Of a DNA stretch of 62,019 bases, positions 1 through 8,195 are shown piece by piece; the stretch's first letter is position 1; the number at the start of each line of letters is the position of its first letter. The stretch comes from Clostridia bacterium (GTDB taxonomy: Bacteria; Bacillota; Clostridia; UBA1381): positions 1 to 62,019 of the forward strand of contig JAXEIW010000042.1 in NCBI GenBank assembly GCA_034101885.1, given 5' to 3'. The notes beneath the pieces are model-generated. The model did no database searches, had not been told where the DNA came from, and worked only from the letters and a program-made list of their open reading frames with translations. The position numbers and the translations under genes were made by a program.

Positions 1-37
1 ATCAAAAATATATTTTTTATCCCGTCAGGTATGATAA

Positions 38-70
38 CCCTGTCGTTTTGTTAAACGGCAGGGCTTTATC
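38..70 (+). terminator. Possible rho-independent terminator of a + strand gene lying left of the window
   Basis: 8-bp stem CCCTGTCG / CGGCAGGG with a 10-nt loop, followed by CTTTATCC. One pair is G-U and only works on the + strand RNA. The T tract is weak. Confidence 0.3.
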
Positions 71-187
71 CATTAATAAATAATGCTCACTGAATAAATG
101 CGATTTTCAATCGCATTTAGAAAAATTATGACTATTGTCAAAATTTTCGTGTAAAATCAAAGATTTTACACAGTTCGCATTGATAAA

Positions 188-333
188 GTCTGTTGAATTA
201 AATATTTTGGTAGCAAAATATTTATTCATGGTGCAAGGATTTTTTGCAAAAATGCACAAAATCCTTGTACCAAAACAATGCTGAAACGCTTGTAAGCCGC
301 TGTGCGGCTGCGTTTCATAATTGTTCATCAGTC
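188..333 (+). repeat. Copy 1 of a ~145-nt composite palindromic repeat (hairpins A, B, C)
   Basis: Aligns by eye at roughly four in five positions with 561-704. Hairpin A is AAATATTTT-loop-AAAATATTT. Hairpin B is GGTGCAAGGATTTT...AAAATCCTTGTACC. Hairpin C (273-325) is AAACAATGCTGAAACGC...GCGTTTCATAATTGTT with the inner stem AGCCGC-TGT-GCGGCT. Confidence 0.8.
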
Positions 334-409
334 TTTATTATAGCAAATGCCCCTTGTATTTACAACATCTGCACCGCCTTAATTTCTGCTCTTTTGTGAC
401 ATTTTAAAA

Positions 410-449
410 GCATAATTATGATACGGCTGTTGCCCTATCATAATTATGC
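410..449. repeat. Perfect 14-bp inverted repeat (stem-loop) between the two repeat copies
   Basis: GCATAATTATGATA - 12 nt - TATCATAATTATGC. There is no adjacent T tract, so it is not a canonical terminator. Confidence 0.7.
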
Positions 450-560
450 CGAAACAACGTATTACTTTTTTAATATGGAAAATACTTTACTTCAGAGTTC
501 GATTTTACCAAACACTTATGTCCGGTATAGCAGCATCAAAACAAATTTTCTTAGATAAAT

Positions 561-704
561 TCTGCCGAAATAAATATTTTGGGAACAAAATATTTATTCA
601 TGGTTCAATTTTTTTTTCAAAAACGCACAAAACCCTTGCACCCAAACAATTCTGAAACGCTTGTAAGCCGCTATGCGTCTGCGTTTCATAATTGTTCGGC
701 AGTC
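561..704 (+). repeat. Copy 2 of the ~145-nt composite palindromic repeat
   Basis: Same order of hairpins A, B, C as 188-333. Hairpin B has a decayed 5' arm and hairpin C lies at 644-696. The 5' end CTGCCGAA is complementary to the 3' end TTCGGCAG. Confidence 0.8.
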
Positions 705-995
705 ATTAAATAAATCCGATATTCTGCACACTAACCGTAGCTTTCAGGGTGGTAATAAGCTGGCACAAGCCCACGGAAAATACACAATAGGAACTATTTT
801 GCGTCTGACTGAAGGCAGTCTTGCTCCGGTTTCTTGCCTTGACCAAGAACCGATTCAGTGCGAATGCAGCAATGTCTGCGCAACACTTCCAATTCGGCAA
901 GGGCTGAATAAGGTAATAAATGATCATCTTGATAATATAACATTGCAAGATATATTAGATCAGCAAAAAGAACTCTATTACAACGATTATATGAT

Positions 996-1349
996 TTAAT
1001 GTGTAAACAGACATAGGACATAAAAACCCCTGTCTGTATGCCTATCCATATACTCCAATGTTTGCGATAAGGTTTTTGATTGCTTTCTCATGGCTTTTGT
1101 GGCATACACCTCTTGTAATATCTCATATGCTCGGTCTGTTAGCGGCATAGTACGATAACAGGTTTGTGTCTTTGGTTTTCCTACTCTCCAACAACCTATG
1201 CTATGTCTATAAATTAACGTCTTATTTACGGTTAATGTGCGATTATCCCAATCTATATCGTCCCATGTTTATCCAACCATTTCGCCTGTACGCAAACCCG
1301 TTTCAAGCATTAGAGAGTATTGGTGATAGTTATGTGACCGCTTCGTCAC
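996..1349 (-). pseudogene. Tyrosine recombinase / phage-type integrase remnant, N-terminally truncated with an internal stop
   Basis: The minus-strand frame reads ..HNYHQYSLMLETGLRTGEMVG*TWDDIDWDNRTLTVNKTL..GKPKTQTCYRTMPLTDRAYEILQEVY.. The TGLRxGE ... W.DID motif is the integrase Arg-I region. There is an in-frame TAA at 1269-1271. The N-terminal part is missing because the remnant abuts the aminotransferase stop at 1351. The catalytic HxxR/Y region downstream is not recognisable. Confidence 0.7.
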
Positions 1350-1350
1350 T

Positions 1351-2544
1351 TCAAATAACTTCTTTTAAAGCCTCTCCCAGACGTTTTATTCCTTCCTCAA
1401 GCTTTTCCGGTGTTGCCGAGGAATAATTAAGTCTGAACATATTTGAAGGTGCTTTCATATCTATCGCAAAATTTGAACCGGGTACAATTGCCACCTTCTT
1501 CTCCAATGCCTTATTAACTAACGGCGTTATATCTGTTATACCGGGACATTCGCACCAAATGAATATACCGCCGTCGGGAACAGTCCATTTTACTTTATTT
1601 TCCGGGAAATATTTTTCCATACTTTCAAGCATTACCGAACATTTCTTTCCGTAAAGCTTTCTGTTTCTTTCGATATACTCATCAATATTATATTTTTTCA
1701 TAAATTCAACACACATAAGCTGCGTCAAAACAGGGGTATGTACATCGTTTACCTGCTTTAATATCTCAATTTTTTCCAAGATTTCAGGTGCACCGACCAA
1801 ATATCCCAAACGCATACCCGGTGACAAAATTTTTGAAAAAGATCCTACATATACAACTCTGCCCTCTGTATCGAGAGATTTAATTGTTGGAACATCCTTG
1901 CCGTTAAATCTTAAATCTCCGTAAGGATTATCCTCTAACACCAACACATCATATTTATTTGCAAGCTCGATAAGCTTTTTTCTTTTTTCAAGCGACATTG
2001 TAACACCGGTAGGATTCTGGAATGTCGGAATTGTATAAATCATTTTTACATTTTCATTATCTTTTAAAGCCGTTTCAAGCTCCTCCATATTCATTCCGTC
2101 ATTCTCAACCTTAACTCCCACCAGCTCACACTCGTAGGTTCTGAAGGCATTAAGACTTCCTATAAAGCTCGGACTCTCAACTATTATTTTGTCACCTTTA
2201 TTAATTAGTGCTTTGGCGGTAAGGTCTATTCCCTGGTTAGCTCCCGTCATTATCAAAATCCGGTCGCTGTCCTTTATTGAATTAACTTTCTTTGCTCTTG
2301 ACGCAGCGCACTCACGCATTGCCGGCACACCGTCCGTTGTTCCGTATTGAAGCGCCCCGGCCGGATTTTTTTCAAGTATATCTTTTGCAATTTCGGCAAG
2401 CTCTTTTCCGGGAAATAACTCCGAAGCGGGATTTCCTCCTGCCAATGATATAATTGACGGATCTGCCATACGTTTAAACATCTCTCGTATTGCAGAGCCT
2501 TTCATCGGTTTAACTCTATCCGAGTAAAATTTTTCGTAATTCAT
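1351..2544 (-). CDS. PLP-dependent aminotransferase, class I/II (AspC/LysN-like)
   Basis: Motifs SLAGGNP, YTIPTFQNPTG and SFSKILSPGMRLGY (PLP-lysine SxSK). The start is moved to the ATG at 2544 (MNYEKF), which is preceded by GGAGGA. Confidence 0.85.
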   Translation of the reverse strand: MNYEKFYSDRVKPMKGSAIREMFKRMADPSIISLAGGNPASELFPGKELAEIAKDILEKNPAGALQYGTTDGVPAMRECAASRAKKVNSIKDSDRILIMTGANQGIDLTAKALINKGDKIIVESPSFIGSLNAFRTYECELVGVKVENDGMNMEELETALKDNENVKMIYTIPTFQNPTGVTMSLEKRKKLIELANKYDVLVLEDNPYGDLRFNGKDVPTIKSLDTEGRVVYVGSFSKILSPGMRLGYLVGAPEILEKIEILKQVNDVHTPVLTQLMCVEFMKKYNIDEYIERNRKLYGKKCSVMLESMEKYFPENKVKWTVPDGGIFIWCECPGITDITPLVNKALEKKVAIVPGSNFAIDMKAPSNMFRLNYSSATPEKLEEGIKRLGEALKEVI

Positions 2545-2612
2545 AATAATCCTCCATTTTGCAGCAGTTCTGATCAAAACACAAATTTCAAAAAAGCCGC
2601 ATAATTTATATT

Positions 2613-4286
2613 TTATTTAATCTTTGCCCAAGAATCCTTAAGGGCAACAGTTCTGTTTATAATAATACTATCCTCCGTGCTGTCCTTATCAACGCAAAAA
2701 TAACCCATTCTCAAAAACTGAAAGGTATCGCCCGGCTTTACATCTGCTAAATTCTTTTCAAGCTTACAGTTATCAAGAACCTCCATAGAATTGGGATTGA
2801 GATTTTCGATAAAGCTTCCTACCTTGCTTTCATCGGACGGATTTTCAACGTTAAACAGTCTGTCATAGAGTCTGACCTGTGCATTTATGGCGTGAGCGGC
2901 GCTTACCCAATGAATGGTACCCTTTACCTTTCTGCCGTCGGGCGACTGTCCTCCCCTTGTTTCGGGATCATAAGTACAATGTACCTCGGTAACCTTTCCG
3001 TTTTCATCCTTCACGCAGGAAACCGCAGTAACATAATAAGCGCTCTTCAAACGAACTTCTTTACCCGGTGCAAGTCTGAAATATTTTTTCGGTGCGTCCT
3101 CCATGAAATCGTCCTCTTCGATATAAAGAACCTTTGAAAATTCAACCTTTCTTGTACCTGCTTCGGGATTTTCCGGATTTACTTCAACCTCTATTTCTTC
3201 AATCTTATCCTCAGGATAATTGTCTATTATTAATTTTATCGGTCGAAGAACTGCCATCGCCCTCGGTGCTTTTTTATTTAAATCCTCTCTGACACAATGC
3301 TCCAAAAGGCTGAACTCAATAACGCTGTTTGCTTTTGCAACGCCTATACGTTCGCAAAAATCCTTTATTGCATCGGCTGTATATCCTCTTCTTCTCATGC
3401 CGCATAGCGTACCCATTCTCGGATCGTCCCAACCGGAAACTATTCCGTCATTTACAAGCTTCAAGCACTTTCTCTTGCTTGTCAGCGTATAGTTGAGATT
3501 CATTCTTGCAAACTCAATCTGACGTGACGGTTCTTCAAAATCCAGCTCCTTTAAAAACCAATCATAAAGCGGTCTGTGATCCTCAAATTCGAGCGAACAC
3601 AGCGAATGTGTCACTCCTTCCAAGGTATCGGAAATAGGATGTGCAAAATCATACATCGGATATACGCACCATTTGTCACCCGTTCTGTGGTGTGAGGCAT
3701 GGAGTATTCTGTATATTACGGGATCTCTCATATTAAGATTGGGCGATGACATATCGATTTTTGCTCTTAAAACCTTTTCACCGTTCTCAAATTCACCCTT
3801 TGTCATTCTTTCGAACAAATCGAGATTTTCCTCAATACTTCTGTTCTTATAAGGGCTTTCCTTTCCCGGCTCCTTCAAGGTGCCTCTGTACTCTCGTATT
3901 TCATCGGCAGACAAATCGTCCACAAACGCTTTTCCCTTTTTTATAAGCTTAACGGCACAATTATATATCTCGTCAAAATAATCGGAGGCATACAACACCT
4001 TATTCCATTGGAATCCGAGCCACTTTATATCCTCCATAATAGCGTCAACATACTCAACATCTTCCTTTGTAGGATTGGTGTCATCCAATCTCAAATTACA
4101 GATTCCGTTATATTTCTGAGCAGTTCCGAAATTAATGCAAATTGCCTTTGCGTGACCTATATGAAGATAACCGTTGGGTTCGGGAGGAAATCTCGTCTGA
4201 ACTCTGTTGTATACTCCGTTCTCCAGGTCTTTATTAATTGCGTCGTGTATAAAATTCGTGCTTACAAATTCAGTATTATCAGCCAT
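2613..4286 (-). CDS. glnS: Glutaminyl-tRNA synthetase
   Basis: 557 aa. [14 protein letters not shown] (HIGH) and LTSKRK (KMSKS-type). GGAGGA lies 7 nt upstream of the ATG, inside the end of gltX. Confidence 0.9.
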   Translation of the reverse strand: MADNTEFVSTNFIHDAINKDLENGVYNRVQTRFPPEPNGYLHIGHAKAICINFGTAQKYNGICNLRLDDTNPTKEDVEYVDAIMEDIKWLGFQWNKVLYASDYFDEIYNCAVKLIKKGKAFVDDLSADEIREYRGTLKEPGKESPYKNRSIEENLDLFERMTKGEFENGEKVLRAKIDMSSPNLNMRDPVIYRILHASHHRTGDKWCVYPMYDFAHPISDTLEGVTHSLCSLEFEDHRPLYDWFLKELDFEEPSRQIEFARMNLNYTLTSKRKCLKLVNDGIVSGWDDPRMGTLCGMRRRGYTADAIKDFCERIGVAKANSVIEFSLLEHCVREDLNKKAPRAMAVLRPIKLIIDNYPEDKIEEIEVEVNPENPEAGTRKVEFSKVLYIEEDDFMEDAPKKYFRLAPGKEVRLKSAYYVTAVSCVKDENGKVTEVHCTYDPETRGGQSPDGRKVKGTIHWVSAAHAINAQVRLYDRLFNVENPSDESKVGSFIENLNPNSMEVLDNCKLEKNLADVKPGDTFQFLRMGYFCVDKDSTEDSIIINRTVALKDSWAKIK

Positions 4287-4289
4287 TGA

Positions 4290-5948
4290 CTATTCCTCCT
4301 TCAATTTATCTATTGCCAAATCAAATCTTGTCATAACTTCTTCACGTCCCAACACCTGCAATATCTGATATAAATCAGGTGTGTTTCTTCTTCCCGTTGC
4401 AGCCACTCTTATTACAGAGCTCACATCACCCACATGTCCTTTGAACTGTTCCGGATTTTTCTTATAAATTTTAGGTGCTTTCGCATATCCCAACGCTTCA
4501 GACATATCTCTGACCCTCGGAAACCAATCATCGGCAATATCATCGTGATTATATACCTTTTTATATTCCTCAAGAATTTGTATCATATCAAGCTTTGAAA
4601 GATTTTCGGGGAATTCATATTCAGTAGGTCTTTCAAAGAAATACTTTGTATACTGAGGAGTATCCTCCCATTTTGTAATATCCTTTCTCGGCTTTTCATT
4701 TCCGCGCTCTATTGCAAAAATACTCTTTGAATATTCCTCGTCCCTTATAAGCGTTTTATAAAAATCATCGTTATATTCCTTTGCCCAAGCCAAAACCTGT
4801 TCATATACCTCTTCCGTTGTAAGCTTTGATATATATGTCTTGCTTATATCGGTTAATTTTACAAGGTCAAACAATGCCCCCGCCTTACTCATATGAGAAA
4901 ACTCAAATTTAAAGTCCTCCATAGGAGCATCGGGATTTTCGCTTCGCCATTGCTCATAGTTGGAATTTGCAATTGTAAACAAATATTCAAGAACCGCTTT
5001 ATACGGATAACCCACCTCATGATAAAAGCTTACCGCAGCTTCCGGATCCTTTCTCTTTGACAACTTTCTTTTTCCCTTTGTTACTTCGTCCTCTTTCATA
5101 ATAGGAGAAATGTGCGCATATTTCGGTGCTTCAAATCCAAGAACTTCAAAAAGCTGTAAATGTATTGGTATTGATGAAATCCACTCATCACCTCTGATAA
5201 CATAGGTTGTGCCCATCAAATGGTCATCAATTGCGTGGGCAAAATGGTATGTGGGTATTCCATCCGTTTTCAAAAGCACGACATCGAGAACATTTTCCGG
5301 CATTTCAATTCTGCCCTTTATTCCGTCATCAAACGCTATTCTTTTATTTTCATCTCCGGGAGATTTTAACCTTACCACATACGGCATACCGTTTTTTATA
5401 TTTTCCTCAATCTGCTCATAGGTTAAATCTCGGCATTTTGCATATTTTCCGTAATATCCGGGATTTTCTTTGTTTTTTTCCTGTTCCTCACGAACCTCAT
5501 TCAATTCCTCCGCACTGCAGAAGCATGGATATGCAAGTCCCTTTTCCACAAGCTCCTTACAGTATGTTCTGTAAATTTCAGCTCTTTGACTTTGAATGTA
5601 CGGAGCATAATCACCTACCGATTCCGTTTCCGAAATCATACCCTCGTCAATTTTTATGCCAAAATCACGAATACCCTTTACAATACCCGTAACACCGTTT
5701 TCTACCTCACGTTTTTTGTCGGTATCTTCTATTCTTAAATAAAATACTCCGTCTGTTGTGTGTGCAGCTCTTTCCGATACAAAGGCAGCAAATAATCCTC
5801 CTATATGCAAAAATCCCGTGGGGCTCGGAGCAAATCTTGTTACCTGCGCTCCCTCCGGCAGATTACGTTTCTTATATTTGTTTTCATAGTCCATATAGGT
5901 ATTGTTTATATCCGGAAACAAAAGCTCCGCTAATTTTTTATTATCCAT
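4290..5948 (-). CDS. gltX: Glutamyl-tRNA synthetase (long form, 552 aa)
   Basis: RFAPSPTGFLHIGG (HIGH variant), KLSKRK (KMSKS) and RIEDTD. The stop is 3 nt before the glnS start. Confidence 0.9.
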   Translation of the reverse strand: MDNKKLAELLFPDINNTYMDYENKYKKRNLPEGAQVTRFAPSPTGFLHIGGLFAAFVSERAAHTTDGVFYLRIEDTDKKREVENGVTGIVKGIRDFGIKIDEGMISETESVGDYAPYIQSQRAEIYRTYCKELVEKGLAYPCFCSAEELNEVREEQEKNKENPGYYGKYAKCRDLTYEQIEENIKNGMPYVVRLKSPGDENKRIAFDDGIKGRIEMPENVLDVVLLKTDGIPTYHFAHAIDDHLMGTTYVIRGDEWISSIPIHLQLFEVLGFEAPKYAHISPIMKEDEVTKGKRKLSKRKDPEAAVSFYHEVGYPYKAVLEYLFTIANSNYEQWRSENPDAPMEDFKFEFSHMSKAGALFDLVKLTDISKTYISKLTTEEVYEQVLAWAKEYNDDFYKTLIRDEEYSKSIFAIERGNEKPRKDITKWEDTPQYTKYFFERPTEYEFPENLSKLDMIQILEEYKKVYNHDDIADDWFPRVRDMSEALGYAKAPKIYKKNPEQFKGHVGDVSSVIRVAATGRRNTPDLYQILQVLGREEVMTRFDLAIDKLKEE

Positions 5949-6043
5949 ACTTTTTTATTTTATCTCCTTTCGTATAATCGGTACAATAATTTTCCCATTA
6001 TTTATTTTTGTATGTATATACAAATACAGCATTATATTACTAT

Positions 6044-6072
6044 ATTATACCTTTTAAAGCGAATAATATCAA
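6044..6072 (-). promoter_or_regulatory. Sigma-A type promoter for gltX-glnS
   Basis: The minus strand reads TTGATA - 17 nt - TATAAT. It lies ~95 nt upstream of the gltX ATG and downstream of the nifU terminator. Confidence 0.55.
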
Positions 6073-6173
6073 CTGTTTTTTTTAAAAAAGTTCTAAATAT
6101 ACAAGTTTTTTTTTAATGTTTTTCTCTTTTTCGGTATTTTTTTTATATATTCAAACCGAAATACACATAAGAT

Positions 6174-6213
6174 TCAAAAAAAGACTCAAGTTCCAAGGAG
6201 TTGAGTCTTTTTT
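6174..6213 (-). terminator. Rho-independent (bidirectional) terminator after nifU
   Basis: 9-bp stem AAGACTCAA / TTGAGTCTT with an 11-nt loop, flanked by an A run on one side and a T run on the other. It starts 11 nt after the nifU stop. Confidence 0.75.
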
Positions 6214-6223
6214 GATATGCATT

Positions 6224-6664
6224 TTACATATTATGTTCATCTTTTTTGCTGCATTCGGAACAGCATCCCGGACAGCTATGAGTATCTTCAAATTCTATTC
6301 CGTTTTTCTCACAGTAATCGGCAATTGCGGCGTGAATAGCCTCCTCCGCAAGAACGGAGCAATGTATTTTTTCCGGGGGCAAACCGTCGAGAGCCTCCAT
6401 AACCGCTTTGTTTGTAAGCTCAAGCGCCTCATGAATTGTCTTTCCCTTTACCATTTCGGTAGCCATAGAGCTGGTGGCAATAGCCGCACCGCAGCCGAAA
6501 GTTTTAAACTTTACGTCCTTAATAATATCGCCCTCAATATCCATGTATATTTTCATAATATCTCCGCATTTTGCGTTTCCTACCTGTCCAACCGCATTGG
6601 CATTTTCTATTTCTCCGACATTTCTCGGATTTGAGAAATGATCCATTACCTTTTCACTATACAT
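6224..6664 (-). CDS. nifU: Fe-S cluster assembly scaffold, NifU/IscU N-terminal-domain type, with a Cys-rich C-terminal tail
   Basis: GNAKCGDIMKIY, FKTFGCGAAIA and IHCSVLAEEA supply the three scaffold cysteines. The start is moved to the ATG at 6664 (MYSEKV), behind GGAAAGGAAG. Confidence 0.9.
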   Translation of the reverse strand: MYSEKVMDHFSNPRNVGEIENANAVGQVGNAKCGDIMKIYMDIEGDIIKDVKFKTFGCGAAIATSSMATEMVKGKTIHEALELTNKAVMEALDGLPPEKIHCSVLAEEAIHAAIADYCEKNGIEFEDTHSCPGCCSECSKKDEHNM

Positions 6665-6741
6665 AAAAATCTTCCTTTCCATTTTGCAATATTACAAAAA
6701 TTCATATTTTCCTAAGCATTGTTTTCCGTATTATCCGAAAT

Positions 6742-7929
6742 TTATTTTTGAGCCTTTAACACTTCTTCATAAAGAGGCGACATCATTCTCAATCTTTCAA
6801 CTATGGGCGGCAAAACCTCCAACACATAATCTATATCCTCATCGGTGGTATCATCTCCCACACTCAGTCTTAATGAACCGTGAGCAATTTCATGAGGTAA
6901 TCCTATCGCAAGCAAAACATGAGAAGGATCGAGAGAGCCCGATGCGCAGGCACTGCCGCTTGACGCCGCAACGCCCTTCATATCAAGCATCATCAATATA
7001 GATTCACCCTCAATATATTTAAAGGAAAAGTTTACATTATTGCAAAGTCTGTCCTTCCCGACAGGTCCGTTTAATTTTGCATAAGGTATTTTTTCCGATA
7101 TACCTTTAATAAGCTTATCTCGTTTTCTTTCCATTTCCGCAATATTTTTCTCGAGGTCGGCTGTAGTCAATTCAATAGCCTTTGCAAGTCCCGCAATTCC
7201 TGCAACATTTTCGGTTGCTGCTCTCTTTCCTCTTTCCTGACCGCCGCCGTGAATAAGATTTGAAATTCTTATTCCGTTTTTGATATAGAGCACACCGACG
7301 CCTTTCGGACCGTGGAATTTATGAGCCGACAACGAAAGCATATCAACTCCCATATCCTCAACATTAATAGGCATATGACCGATTGCCTGAACCGCGTCTG
7401 TATGAAATATTATATTATGAGCCTTTGCAATCTTTGAAATCTCTTTTATCGGCTGAATTGAACCGATTTCATTGTTTGCGGTCATAACAGATATTAATAT
7501 CGTTTTGTCGGTAATTGCATTTTCCACATCTTCCGGATTTACTATTCCGTTTTCATCAACCGGCAGATAAGTAACATCAAATCCATGCTTTTCCATAAAC
7601 TCACAAGCACCCAAAATAGCATGATGTTCTATCGAGCTTGTTATGATATGATTGCCCTTGTTTTTGTATGCATCGGCAATTCCCTTTATTGCCCAGTTGT
7701 CCGCTTCGCATCCCGAACCTGTAAAATATATTTCATTTACCTTTGCTCCGATAGCGTCCGCTACCGTTTTACGAAATCCGTAAACCGCCTTTTCCGTTAT
7801 TCTGCCAACCTCATAAAATTTTGAAGAAGGATTTCCGAAATAATCCGTATAATACGGAAGCATTGCGTCCAAAACTTCTTTTTTCATATAAGTTGTGGCA
7901 TTATTATCTAAGTAAACCGATCTATTCAT
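6742..7929 (-). CDS. nifS: Cysteine desulfurase (NifS/IscS class)
   Basis: SAHKFHGPKGVG (PLP lysine) and SSGSACASG (active-site Cys loop). The start is moved to the ATG at 7929 (MNRSVY), behind GGAG. Confidence 0.9.
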   Translation of the reverse strand: MNRSVYLDNNATTYMKKEVLDAMLPYYTDYFGNPSSKFYEVGRITEKAVYGFRKTVADAIGAKVNEIYFTGSGCEADNWAIKGIADAYKNKGNHIITSSIEHHAILGACEFMEKHGFDVTYLPVDENGIVNPEDVENAITDKTILISVMTANNEIGSIQPIKEISKIAKAHNIIFHTDAVQAIGHMPINVEDMGVDMLSLSAHKFHGPKGVGVLYIKNGIRISNLIHGGGQERGKRAATENVAGIAGLAKAIELTTADLEKNIAEMERKRDKLIKGISEKIPYAKLNGPVGKDRLCNNVNFSFKYIEGESILMMLDMKGVAASSGSACASGSLDPSHVLLAIGLPHEIAHGSLRLSVGDDTTDEDIDYVLEVLPPIVERLRMMSPLYEEVLKAQK

Positions 7930-7949
7930 AAAAATCAACTCCTATCATT

Positions 7950-7995
7950 TGAATAGACATTCAATGTAAAATTATAACATTTGAACATCTATTCA
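7950..7995 (-). promoter_or_regulatory. Inverted repeat in the nifS leader (RNA hairpin or operator pair)
   Basis: TGAATAGATGTTCA - 18 nt - TGAATGTCTATTCA on the minus strand. It gives 14 pairs, two of them G-U, only in the minus (transcribed) sense. It begins at about +1 of the predicted promoter. Confidence 0.35.
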
Positions 7996-7998
7996 TAT

Positions 7999-8027
7999 AT
8001 TCTACAACATTGTCCTCACTTTGTCAA
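7999..8027 (-). promoter_or_regulatory. Sigma-A type promoter for nifS-nifU
   Basis: The minus strand reads TTGACA - 17 nt - TAGAAT. Confidence 0.6.
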
Positions 8028-8195
8028 TATATTATACCAATAATCTGTAAAATATATTAAAAAAAGCTATACTTTTTTTATTTTTTAGTATATAATAGTA
8101 TATGTAATATATAAATCAAATTTACAAAAATATTTTTTTGTGTTTATACTTGGATTGAAACCGAGAAAAATACAAATTCAAGGTGGATGATTTTA

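Noticed and set aside
273-325. Catabolite-responsive element (cre) inside repeat hairpin C (TGAAACGCTTGTAA)
   Set aside because: The central CG is displaced by one position relative to the TGWAANCGNTNWCA consensus. The same sequence is part of a repeat family rather than promoter-associated.
188-704. CRISPR array?
   Set aside because: There are only two copies. The units are ~145 nt (far longer than CRISPR repeats), are internally multi-hairpin and only ~80 percent identical. No cas genes are in the window.
107-1426. Small ORFs 107-328(-), 446-655(+), 673-999(+), 706-948(-), 794-1021(-) and 1166-1426(+)
   Set aside because: They run through the palindromic repeats or the integrase remnant, lack SD sequences and have no recognisable domains. 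ORF 1166-1426 is antisense to the integrase remnant and overlaps the aminotransferase 3' end.
5949-6173. T-box riboswitch upstream of gltX
   Set aside because: The leader is short and extremely AT-rich. I saw no AGAGA/GNUGA stem I features, no T-box 14-mer and no terminator/antiterminator pair.
5207-6634. 161-aa (5207-5692), 172-aa (6116-6634) and similar + strand ORFs; also 23563-24090, 28803-29372, 27579-28019, 42049-42504 and 46142-46531
   Set aside because: All are antisense shadows within strongly supported minus-strand genes (gltX, nifU, dnaB, GH2, surface proteins). They have no RBS and no family resemblance.
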